The notes under the pieces are model-generated. The model worked only from the letters and a program-made list of their open reading frames with translations, had not been told where the DNA came from and made no database searches. The position numbers and the translations under genes are program-made. Below are positions 22,601 through 34,600 of a DNA stretch of 64,000 nucleotides, one piece after another (position 1 is the stretch's first letter; each line of letters begins with the position of its first letter). Origin of the DNA: Macrostomum lignano (lineage: Eukaryota); NCBI GenBank assembly GCA_002269645.1, contig NIVC01002422.1:1-64000 (forward strand). The letters are read 5' to 3'.

Positions 22601-25600
22601 CTTTTGCAAAATACAGCCACGCACATTTGGCCAAAACCGGCCTCATCTTGCAGAGGGTAAAAAACCTTGCGTGTCCCGGTGCTAGCTTAAGACCCGTGTA
22701 GAAGTCAGAGCGAGTGACTCCTTGGAGGTAGCGAGTACTTAGCGGGAAAACCACCGAGTAAATCAACTTTTTTTACACGGTAGCGCGTTTTTGCCAATTT
22801 TGTGACTCGCTACCAAAAAACGCGCTGGCTCACGGTCAAATACGCGGTGGTTTTCACGGTGGGAGCTCTCTCGCTGCTTGACTCGGTGGCCAACTCGCTA
22901 GCCGCTTCACTCACTCGCTCATTCTCTCGCTAATTCTCTCGCTTGTTAACAACGTTGTCTCGCTCATTCTCTCGCTTGTTGTCTCGCTCATTCTCTGGCT
23001 CATTCTCTCGCTTGTTGTCGCGCTCATTCTCTCGCTTGTTGTCTCGCTAATTCTCTCGCTCATTCTCTCGCTCATTCTCTCGCTTGTTGTCTCGCTAATT
23101 CTCTCGCTCATTCTCTCGCTTGTTGTCTCGCTAATTCTCTCGCTCATTCTCTCGCTTGTTGTCTCGCTAATTCTCTCGCTCATTCTCTCGCTTATTGTCT
23201 TGCTTGTTGTCTCGCTAATTCTCTCGCTCATTCTCTCGCTCATTCTCTAGCTTGTTGTCTCGCCAATTCTGTCGCTTGTTGTCTCGCTAATTCTCTCGCT
23301 TATTGTCTTGCTTGTTGTCTCGCTAATTCTCTCGCTTGTTGTCTCGCTAATTCTCTCGCTCATTCTCTCGCTTGTTGTCTCGCTAATTCTCTCGCTCATT
23401 CTCTCGCTTATTGTCTTGCTTGTTGTCTCGCTAATTCTCTCGCTCATTCTCTCGCTCATTCTCTAGCTTGTTGTCTCGCCAATTCTGTCGCTTGTTGTCT
23501 CGCTAATTCTCTCGCTTATTGTCTTGCTTGTTGTCTCGCTAATTCTGTCAGTGTACAAAAAATAATATATTAATAATAATTATTATTATATCGAAATATA
23601 TATTTTAAAGTGCGCAAATATTAACGGTGTGTCCTTTCTTTATTTTTACAGTACTCATTTCTGTTTTTTGAAGTTACCTTAATTTAGCATTTAGCATTTA
23701 GATTAGTGCTTAATGTAAGTTCTGCAATTCTGAACTCCCTTCAATTAGGTTGAATTTTATATTTATGACCGGGTTCACTGATTAGTCTTGGAGCCCTACC
23801 TATTAGGCCTTAGCACCGTCGGTAAACTGGAAATGAATAGACCAAGAGACTCACTGACTATTCCAGAGTAAATGCCTAAGGATAAAGAATCAAGACGCCT
23901 GCGCCTGCTAAACCAGCGAGCCATGCGCTCCCTGGCTCAGCTCGCTGTAGCAGAGCAACAAGCGGAGCAGCAGCCAAGGGCCCGGCGGGTCAGAGGAACT
24001 CCCCAGCAGGCTGCAGTAGCTGAAGCTGCCCCTGCTCCCCAGCAGGCTGCAGTACTCGAAGCTGCCCCTGCCGACAATGACGTCTTCATGTACGTTTCAG
24101 ACGGCGACACTATCTACGAGGAAGAAGGCGACAAAACGCGCTCCTTTCCTGATGTCTTTCAAAACGCTGATGTTGACGCCGCTGCCATCGATGATCAGGA
24201 GGAGTATGTCCCATACCAGCCTGCTGACGCAGCGGGGGACAACTTCATGGACGGTGAGCTTGACGTCGCCGATCTGGAAGAAGCCATTTTCGGTCCGCGA
24301 CCGGCCACTGACGATGACGATAGGAGAGGAGGCTACGGAGTGGATGGAGTTCCTACCAGGTATGTGATTGAATTGTGTTTCGACTACTCACGACGTACTT
24401 TTTACTTTGTACATATGCATCATATGTACTATAACTATATATTAACTAGATTCTATTAACGTATATACTCCTCTATAAAGTTACTATGTACACACCACTT
24501 ACCTATCACAGGTTGCGTCCCGACACCGTCGCATATCCCGGCGCCAAATACACGCATAATGGCATTGCGGTCCTGGCCTCCATTTTGGTCGACCGATACA
24601 GTCTGCCTCAAACGTTTTTGAACGACCTGCTGATTTACACAGGCGAGATTCTGCCCGCGGGCAGCGTCTATCCAAAGACTGCCTTCGTCTGCCAGAACAT
24701 CTTCCGCGGAGCATCCGCTCAACGGCGGCAGTTCTGCCCCCGCTGTAGTGTCGAGGTGTCGAAGGCAGATGTCGAAGGTGAGGTAGCATGCAGAAACTGC
24801 GCACTATTGCTCTCAGCTGGCATTGTCAGCAACTTCTGGTGCTTCAACATAAGGCGACAAATTCAGCAGCTGGTTGAGCACTCCCATCTGCTAGATCATG
24901 TCACCTTTCCGGTGGACCAACCCGCAATGCCTGGTTGCCTACAGCTGGGATCAAGTGCGGAGTATATGCACTTTAAGCGCAGCATTCCGCTACATGATCG
25001 GCAGGATTTGTCATACACCGTTAATATCGACGGATTCCCCCTGTTCATCAATTCAAGGGGAGAAATGTGCCCAGTTTATCTCGTCATAAACGAAATAACG
25101 GAAGAAGCGCGGAAGCCGAAGCTAATAGTCATCTGCGGCCTCTGGGCAGCTTGCAAGAAGGTAAAGGCCGTTGCTTTCCTTCCGTGGCTTGTCGCGGAGC
25201 TGAACGATTTGCGCCGCGACGGCGTGAAGTACAGCACTGGAGGAGATCTTGCGGGTACGACGCCGGGTGTCCTGCGCCTACATCCGCTCCTTTTTGTAAT
25301 GGACGCACCTCAGCGAGCTGAAGTGATGTGCCTTAAACGTCATAACTCGGTGCACGGCTGTGACAATTGTTACAGCGTCGCTGTGTTCCGCCGAGGCGCG
25401 CCACGCTTTCTGTATGACGATGGCGGCGAGGGTATTGCTAAGGCCACGGAGGCGGGATGCACCCAGACCAGCGTGCGAAACTTAAGTGACACGCTGATGC
25501 TCGCCAATGCTGTTCCAAGAGGACGGGACAATTTGCTGGGAGTGATGGACGTATCCAAGCTCCTGCACTTAAACGGCTTCGACTACATGCACGGGTGTCC

Positions 25601-28600
25601 ACCCTGTTTGCTGCACCAGGGCTACCTGGGTGTGGTGAAGTGGAAGTGGACCCAGCTGTTCCACCCGATGAAGAAACCGGACCCAATGGCACGTAGCCCT
25701 GATCTGTCGGCAAAGGTCGCCGACATTGATGCAGCGGCGTCGCGAGTTCACGTTCCGCTTGACCACCAGCGTGCACCCCGCACCTTGCGTGAGGTCCTGA
25801 TGTTCCGTGGCCACGAGTTTCAGACCTGGCTACTTGTGTACGGTCCAATGACGTTGGAGAGTGTATTTACTGCGGCGAACGCACTAAATTACTATCATCA
25901 CCTCCTACTCCTAGCGGCGCCGCTCTTCTGGATGACATTCGAGGGTGCGCCGCTGACCGAGGTCCATGCAGCTGAGGTCTCTCTGCTCTATTACCATCGG
26001 CTTCTGGGCGCAATGTACTCCGACGCTGCGATGACGTACAACGCACATCAAGTGTGCAGGCACCTAGGTAATCAGAGAACTATATTGTCTATATGTAGAA
26101 CTATTCTCTACTAATACCTACTTCTAGATCATCCTTGATCGAAACGCAATATTGCAGTACTAATATGTATTCGTACGTATAGCTTTTGTCATGCTATCTC
26201 AGCCTAGGGACATCCAAACTCAGCCAGCCCCATTCCGCAATGCGTTTTTTGGCTCGAGCTAGTCGAGTTTTACCATAGACATGCTTCTTAAGGCCATGCT
26301 ATCTCAGCCTGGGACATGCAATCTCAGCCAATATAGATTTCAATTGCAAACAGATCTCAATGCTATCATTTCTGTAACGTGACATGAAATGGCAACAAAC
26401 AGCAATGAATGAACGCAGCAAGAAAAGTCAGTAAGAATCTGAAAAGTGGCTGAGATTGCATGTCCCAGGCTGAGATGGCATGGCTTTAAGAAGCATGTCT
26501 ATGGTAAAACTTGACTGGCTTACGTAAAAAATCGCACTGTTGAGATGGGCTGGCTGAGTTTGGATGTCTCTAGGCTGAGATAGCAGGACAAATACTATAC
26601 TAATTGGCTGAACTGTCGCCCATATTTGCTTTTTAACGCCCAAACTCCTTATTAGGAATGTACGCCGAGTTGTACGGGTCGCTGTGGAGGCTTTCTGCTG
26701 GGCTTTTCGAGTCAGCACACTGCGCCATGCGACGTCGCATTCACGGTACTCGCCGCGTGGACGTGGAACTGGCGGGGATTCTGCAACGCCAGTTTGAGCG
26801 CCGTGACATGCAGGCCCGTCTGAAAATCAGCAATCCATTTGACTTTGAGAGAGACACTGACGTTCGCACTGCAGACGGGTGTGTGCTCCGCGAGTCGCGG
26901 ACCACTATGGCCGACGCCGGGGCTCGGGCATTCGCCAGTGCCACCCTGAGCAGCGGTACGCGAATTGCTGTGTATCAGCCAGGTATGCGAAGGCAGAAAA
27001 TTGTTTCCTGCTTTGTTGCCTACAGCGTGGACCAGCACCGCCGTGACTTGTTTGAATTTGGTCGAGTGGAGGGAATTTATGCCCGTAAATGAGCACCACT
27101 GTACTGTTGCGCCGTCTACCGACAAGGTCCCTGCTGCAGAACGAGCACCACTTGCTGCATTTGTTGGGGATCGACTCCAACCATGGCTGCCGATTCTCGC
27201 ACGTGCGTCGAATCTACGTGGATCCGTTCGGACCACTGTCGCCATTTTATTTCGAGGTGCCTGCATCTAGCATTCTGGCCGCCTGCTGCGTGAACGACAC
27301 AAAAGTTGGCTTCCTACCTCATCGTCAATATTCATTTGCGGCTTGAATTGACATGAAGTTATGACTATAATATACGAGTATATTCGTGTTCCATTTTTTT
27401 TACCTGTTGTCGGTTGTTTCTGTAAACCCTAATTACTACGAGTAGTACTATAGTACTATACGTACTGTAAGTTACTGCACTGTACCTGCTAGATTGCTGA
27501 ACCGCTATAACAATGACATTGTCAGTAAATGTATACATATGTATATTCATGAATATATTAAAAAATTACATAAAGTAATGAAATTAGCTGCAGCGACCGT
27601 AAAGCGACTTCGGCTTGAACAGAAGTTATTTCATTCACCATTTTTATCAGTACAGCGACTACTCGTTTGATAGGTTATTGAAGACCCAAATCCTCCTATA
27701 TTAAATATAATTACCCTCAGTAGTTTAGCTGTCGAACAAGTAGAGTAGCTTCAGGGCCATCCGGGTAGATAAATCGACGGGTATCTTCTTAATTAAGTCA
27801 TCGTTTCAGAATTATTAATTATCCGTCCCATAACAATGTGAACTCTGTATATACTCGCCTGTACCCCGTAAGACACCCGTCTCTCATAAGCGAATACGTT
27901 GTGTGCACTGTATCTTAAGGAGGGAAAATATACTATGCAGATATCATGGACGTTTCAGCTTGTCTGAATGGAGCCCAAGACTTCCTGGCTGTCTAAAAGG
28001 TCTCCCGCGGGCGCTAAAGTGGCGCCACCGCAAACATCGGAGTCGCATAAAAATATAATAAATTTCTATAAACTCGACAAAATCGAAACTGACAACGGCC
28101 CAGCGCCAAAAAGAAGAAAAAATTGGCTTTCGAAAGACCCTGAGCCAATCGAGAATGAATGGCTCCGCGAAATGGTCGCAAAGCAGCGAGTTTCGCATCT
28201 GGCCGGCGCTGCAGATGTGTCTAGGGCCGGCGCTGCCGATGCTGACCAAGCAGCCAAGGCCGGCGCTGCCGATGCTAACCAAGCAGCCAACCTAGAATTA
28301 GAAGCCAGATGCCACGCCGCAGTGGCGCAAGCTGAATTGGCTATTCAGGTGCTGTTTTATAATTAATTACTCTTATAATGGATTACATGCACATCTGATG
28401 TGTAATTAATGCTTTTCTCAACCCTTTCATGCCGATGTAGGAATTAAATATGGCAGCGGGCCAGCAGCAGGAATTGCTGGCCGCGCAGCAGACTATTGCG
28501 TCGCTGGAGGCCAGCCTTCAAGCCCACCAACGACGAGCAGCTGCTGCACGGCGACACCTACGCGCGGCCACCCGTAGTGGTATGCCCATCCGGCCGCTAA

Positions 28601-31600
28601 GACGGGTGCTACGGGTGTTGGAAATGCCCGTACGAGACTAGGCGCCTAGCCGAAGACGCGATGGCTGCCATCGCCGGTCGCGAGGCCGCGGCGTCGAGCA
28701 CCGCTCAACCGGTGGTGATGCACCACCGCCCTGAGACGTGCCCCCGCTGCACCAGCCTCCTCTCTGAGGCGGCGCAATTGCGCAGCAGTGTTAACGATTA
28801 TGAGGCGCGCCTAGAACGACTATCAGCGGCTTCGATAACGGCGAGAAACGAAGAAATGGCACGCAGCGACGAAATTCAACTGCTGAAAGACGAGCTCGTT
28901 GCAGAGCGGCGCAACAGCGACCGTCTGAAAAAAGGAATAGCTTATTGCTCGAAACGGTACGTTCGAGCTACGAGCAGTTGCGCACCGTCAGCAGCTACCT
29001 GACTGAAATTGACAGGGAGGCAAAAAAGTCTGCCGTCAGCAGCAGCAAAATTTGCAGCCTCGTCAAGGACGTTGGCCTTTGGGCGACACAGCAGGTGTTA
29101 CCATCGCCATCAGGTGCCCCAGATGCTGTGGATGCTGCGGATGCTGCAGAGTCTGCGTCGCCACCCGGCTTAGACGCCGAGCTCGAACAACTTGAGTCTG
29201 GCCACAGAGTGACCTCGGCCCAGCTTAAAATGGCCCTCTCCGCCGCTATGACCGCGTCCGCCAACTCCTCTGCCGCCGTTGCAAGCAGCAGCAGCCTCTT
29301 GCCAAATTTGGGTGCTGTCGCGGCACGTACGTCGTCGTCTTCGCCGAGTGGTACCAGAAGCACAGATTTAAGGCAACTGGAGCTACCCTTCATCGAGGGG
29401 TACAGCGACATTGTGACGACGAAAGCAAACTGCGACAAGCTGGCGGATCTAGTTGATGCCTGCACGGCAATGCCGAAAGCGCAGAAGGAGAAAATGGCGC
29501 TGTATCGGGCAATTTTACGCGCCGTTTTTACAGCGCAGGAGCTGGCCACGTCGTCATGGTCGGGGAGAGCTGTCGAAAAGGGCGACAACCGACCAGAGGC
29601 CAACAAGCGCAAGAAAAGCGCCGTTCTGGCTTTTCTTAAAGACAACAACCTAATGGTCACTGACGAAAGTGACCTGGCGACCTGTTACCGTGCTGTCGCG
29701 CGTTTGGAGCGCAACAAGCTCGAAGACCAGTCGAAGTCAAACGGTAAGTCACGCGGAGGCCGATCAGTTACTGCGGCCGTTGTCCGCGGCGACGGCAACG
29801 AAGGAGAAGCCGAGGCCGGGCAGCGCTGCGGCCGTTGTCCGCGGCGACGGCAACGAAGGAGAAGCCGAGGCCGGGCAGCGCTGCGGCCGTTGTCCGCGGC
29901 GACGGCAACGCGGGCGAGACGCCGACGGCAGGCAGCGCTGCGACCATTGTCCGCGGCGACGGCAACGCGGGCGAGACGCCGACGGCAGGCAGCGCTGCGG
30001 CCGTTGTCCGCGGCGACGGCAACGCGGGCGAGACGCCGACGGCAGGCAGCGCTGCGACCATTGTCCGCGGCGACGGCAACGCGGGCGAGACGCCGACGGC
30101 AGGCAGCGCTGCGGCCGTTGTCCGCGGCGACGGCAACGCGGGCGAGACGCCGACGGCAGGCAGCGCTGCGGCCGTTGTCCGCGGCGACGGCAACGCGGGC
30201 GAGACGCCGACGGCAGGCAGCGCTGCGGCCGTTGTCCGCGGCGACGGCAACGCGGGCGAGACGCCGACGGCAGGCAGCGCTGCGGCCGTTTTCCGCGGCG
30301 ACGGCAACGTGGGCTAGACGGTCGGTGCCGGTACCAATTTTTCGGCTTCCGTTATATAGAGAAAGAGCAAGACAGCAATTATAACTCTCTGAAAACAAAA
30401 ACTTATAACTCTTTACTTTCTAGCTACTTTAGAAGAATGCATAACTGCGTAGTACTTTTTGGTTTCGGTAGTTTTCTATAGTTTTAGTTTTCGAGTAAAT
30501 CTAAAGTAGTTTTAGTTTTTTTGGCCAAAAAATTTTTGGCAACTGGTCAACTATGAAAAAACAGTAACTGCAAAAAACAACTGAACATGTTACAATCCTT
30601 CAATGTAGTCTCCCCCTCTCAAGGCACTTTTGGTGGTGCCGCCGAATCCATGCTTCGAATGCGCCATGGTACTCAGAAGCAGGTATGGCCTTCAGTTCTG
30701 AATTGATGCACTTGGCCAGGTCCTGGCATCGGTGAAAATTCCGTCCTGCCAGCCGTTCAGTCAGCTTGGCGAACACCCAGAAGTCGCAGGGAGCCAAGTC
30801 AGGACTGTAGGGTGGGTGACAGATGGTCTAGATGTTGTTGGCTGCCAGAAAGTTGGTCGTCAGGGCCGCTGTATGACTGGACGCATTGTCATGGTGCAGG
30901 CGAACTCGCCCAGCTTGAAGTCGTGAGCGCATGAAAACGTAGAATCGCCACTGGTCTGGTTGCACTGGCTCCATTTTTTGCAGAGTGTAAAACACCACCT
31001 TGCGTTGGCCACGCGCAAGTATATCACATTTGAGGGAAAAAAGTCATACTCTATGGTTAAAACCAATTTATGTCTGCGATCTCGTAAAAAAATTTCAACG
31101 CTTTGTGATATGTACTTTTGGAGATATTAGGTCAGTTGCCAAAACTTTTTGAATGCCCCTCGTAGTAAACGTTCTGGTGCTTTTCTTTTCTTTACTATTT
31201 TCTTTACTTTAGCATTTTTTTCGTACAAATCCTTACAATGCGCCGTATAAATGTCATCTTTATGAATTTACCGTACAAAGCCGTACAAGAAGGCGCCGTA
31301 TAATGTCATCTTCATGAACATAACTTCCAAATACTATTTCCAGCTTTAAGCCATAAATATACTGTACCGTTTTGAACCAATTTAATATATAATAATTTAA
31401 TATATATAATTTGTAATTATAATTGTAATTTGTAAGTATAATAAATATAATTTAATAAATAATTTGAACCAAGTAATTAATTGGTGTGCATACTTCATAT
31501 GAAAAATCGAGCGCCGTTTTGAGCGCGAAACTGCGGCATCCGGTGAGCTAAGCCACTGCATTTCTATTGTATAAGCGCGTCAAGTCTAGAGATGGGAAAT

Positions 31601-34600
31601 GAGCGAGTAACAGTAGCGAGAGAATGAGCGAGTAACAGTAGCGAGAGAATGAGCGAGTAACAGTAGCGAGAGAATGAGCGAGAGAATGAGCGAGTAACAG
31701 TAGCGAGAGAATGGGCGAGAGAATGAGCGAGTAACAGTAGCGAGAGAATGAGCGAGAGAATGAGCGAGTAACAGTAGCGAGAGAATGAGCGAGAGAATGA
31801 GCGAGATAATGAGCGAGTAACAGTAGCGAGAGAATGGGCGAGAGAATGAGCGAGTAACAGTAGCGAGAGAATGGGCGTGAGAATGAGCGAGATAATGAGC
31901 GAGTAACAGTAGCGAGAGAATGGGCGAGAGAATGAGCGAGTAACAGTAGCGAGAGAATGAGCGAGAGAATGAGCGAGTAACAGTAGCGAGAGAATGAGCG
32001 TGAGAATGAGCGAGATAATGAGCGAGTAACAGTAGCGAGAGAATGGGCGAGAGAATGAGCGAGTAACAGTAGCGAGAGAATGAGCGAGAGAATGAGCGAG
32101 TAACAGTAGCGAGAGAATGAGCGTGAGAATGAGCGAGAGAATGAGCGAGTAACAGTAGCGAGAGAATGAGCGTGAGAATGAGCGAGAGAATGAGCGAGAG
32201 AATGAGCGAGAGAATGAGCGAGAGAATGAGCGAGTAACAGTAGCGAGAGAATGAGCGAGAGAATGAGCGAGAGACAATAGCGGGAGAATGAGCGTGAGAA
32301 TTTTTACAAAAAAATGCTTTTAGCGAGTCAGCACCGTGCGAAAATGAGCGAGTGCAGGGACATAAACTCGGTGTATTTTGCACGGTCTTTGAATTTTTTT
32401 TGAGCGCGTTAACTCGCTCTAACTTTTACACGGGAGAAGTCCCTGGCCGGGCGAGGCATGTAATCCGTTGCTGCCGTTAGTGCCCAACAGCCAGGTGACT
32501 GCTGATAGGCCAACGCGAGAAATCACTCACTTTTCCGCGTACTAAACGCCACTGTATAGTGTGACTCGCTGTTTTACTATGTACTATTATGTATCTGCAC
32601 GGGCATGTATACGTGTCTATAATCCTAACAGACTGCATCTGCTAAGACACCAAAACATTTCAAAAGACGAGTGCTAGCATAATACACACAGGCTAACTGA
32701 GCGTGCCTCTAGCACATGTGGAGCACAGATGCAATTTGCTTTCAGTACATGCCTTCTTCACCAACTAACAACTATTCTCCATGTTTATACCTAAACCTAT
32801 TCTAATCATGTCAGTTGTGTAATTCAGACGGTAATCTCATTGAAATGACTATTAAATATTTTATCGTAAATGCATTGTGCATGTTTTGGTAATTAAAGCC
32901 GCACGCGTACGTGAGCACTAATTGTTAATTTTAACGTATAAGGGTAAATTGTATATAATTTACTTATAGGAGCACTTCGTGGGTTGCACATAGGTCGCTT
33001 ATTCGTTTAGTATCATACATGCGCAACAGTCGGCCGAGTCGGCCAATCCGGCCGACTGATTTGGCGGCCAACCAAGGAAGTCGCAAAAATGCCCACCCAA
33101 AAAAATACTAAAGTAGTAGTACTAAGTAGCTGACGAGGCATTTTGCCTTAATAAAACAGTCATAGTTACTCCTGCCGTTTACCCAAAGTTGCGTTAATTT
33201 TGCGTTTGGGTTTTTTTACATGTAAGTCGCATTTTTGGCCAAAAACTACGTCGCATTTTTGTTAAAACTAAGTCGCATGGCCGACCGAATTTTGAAGGTT
33301 GTGCATGTATGTTTAGTATACTAGTGTACCGGTATACTAGCACAATGAGTAGCTAGTGATGTACACTTTTTGAAATGTTTTGCGAAGTAAAACTGTTTAG
33401 CAGCATACATTCCGTTCTCTATTCAAATCTCTCGCAGATACGCAGCAAATACGCAGCTCCAACATCGCGCTTTGAACGACGAGACTGAACTGGCCGAGCT
33501 AGCACATCGAGAAAGAGGTGGCTATGACTTCACCGAAATAAAAAAAATACTTTCGGGCATGAAATATGTTCATTGTTCGGCGCCTCTGTCGATCCTGATG
33601 CCGTCGAAATCGACTGTGCAGAGGAGACTACCGGTGGAGATGAGCCGGCTGAACTACAAAGGAGCGGCATAAAAAAGCCCACGGCGTACTACATTCAATA
33701 ACCTCTAAGCTCTGGGCAGGCGGAAGAGCTGCAAAAGAGCATGGACGCTGTCCTCGAGTCTCAAGACACACTCTGCATGAGCTGGAATTCCGGCCCAGCA
33801 AACAAGCAACGATCGGGTGTTTCTCTAACCTACGGCATTTCTTGTGTACGTGGAGGAGCGTCTGGCCGTAGAAAAGGCACTAGAGAAGGCTCTAGCAAAG
33901 AAGCACAAACTTTCCACTTCGAATAACACCAAGGATAATAAAGCAGCGGAGGCGGCCAAAGCTTGCTTAATCCAAACTGTATTGCGCGCCGCATTTACGA
34001 CTGATGGATTTCGGACGTCCATCGCAAGCGGTCGCCGGAATTCCAACGAAACAGCCGGAGTAGTTCGCTCGGCTAACAACGTCAAACTGGGACTTATGCG
34101 GGTGTACTGTAATAGCAGTGGCATGTCCATAACGTTAGCCAAAGTTCATCATGCCTTTGGACGCTGTCGAGAGAACCTCATTTTTAATGCCTGGCCTGAT
34201 GAAGTCCGCGAGCGCAATGTGTCGCAAGTCAAGGTCAGAAGTTTGGCATTGCGCGAAAGTGGCAACGAACAGCCGCATCAAGCGGAAAATGCCAACCGAC
34301 GCGCTGGCATAGACGCTGCCAGATCTCCTCTCGGAGGGAGGTGCAAGAAGAGGCGCGTTGAAGAAATTGCCCCACCACCCAAAGCGATGGCGGTGACGCA
34401 TTATTCGACTCCGACGACAATCTCATCGAGGAAGAAGCTGTCGATGCGACGCCCACGTCAACAGCCGAACTAAATCCAACGGATTTATTAGATGCATCAA
34501 ACGGCCCTTGTGGACATCGATTAAGGAATGGGAATAATGATCTAATAACGAAATGAAACTGGTATACAGGGATAAAAAGTATACGGACAATCTGCTGGCT

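Larger units (their letters stand above)
22693..32434 (+). mobile_element. CACTA/EnSpm-type (CMC) DNA transposon, 9742 bp
   Basis: 23-bp TIR CCCGTGTARAAGTYAGAGCGAGT (2 mismatches); 3-bp TSD AGA at 22690..22692 and 32435..32437; inverted subterminal repeat arrays; transposase plus a second gene. Confidence 0.92.
18929..32445 (+). mobile_element. P-superfamily (THAP) DNA transposon, ~3.77 kb once the nested CACTA is removed
   Basis: Left TIR CAGGGACTTCTTAAGCTAGCACCGGGACACACAAGG (18929..18964). Right TIR is split into 22665..22692 plus 32438..32445 and reconstructs to 36 bp with 1 mismatch. Subterminal inverted 21-mer CTGCAAGATRAGGCCGGTTTT at 18988..19008 and 22633..22653. No exact TSD seen. 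Confidence 0.88.

Noticed and set aside
18939-22690. TTAA-flanked element (piggyBac/Kolobok) suggested by TTAAGCTAGC..GCTAGCTTAA
   Set aside because: The inverted match continues outward to CAGGGACTTC once the CACTA insertion is removed, so TTAA is internal to the TIR; the transposase motifs are P-type.
29835-30317. Ten RGD motifs as an integrin-binding array
   Set aside because: That frame is not the one continued by the accessory ORF, and the protein has no signal peptide and looks nuclear.
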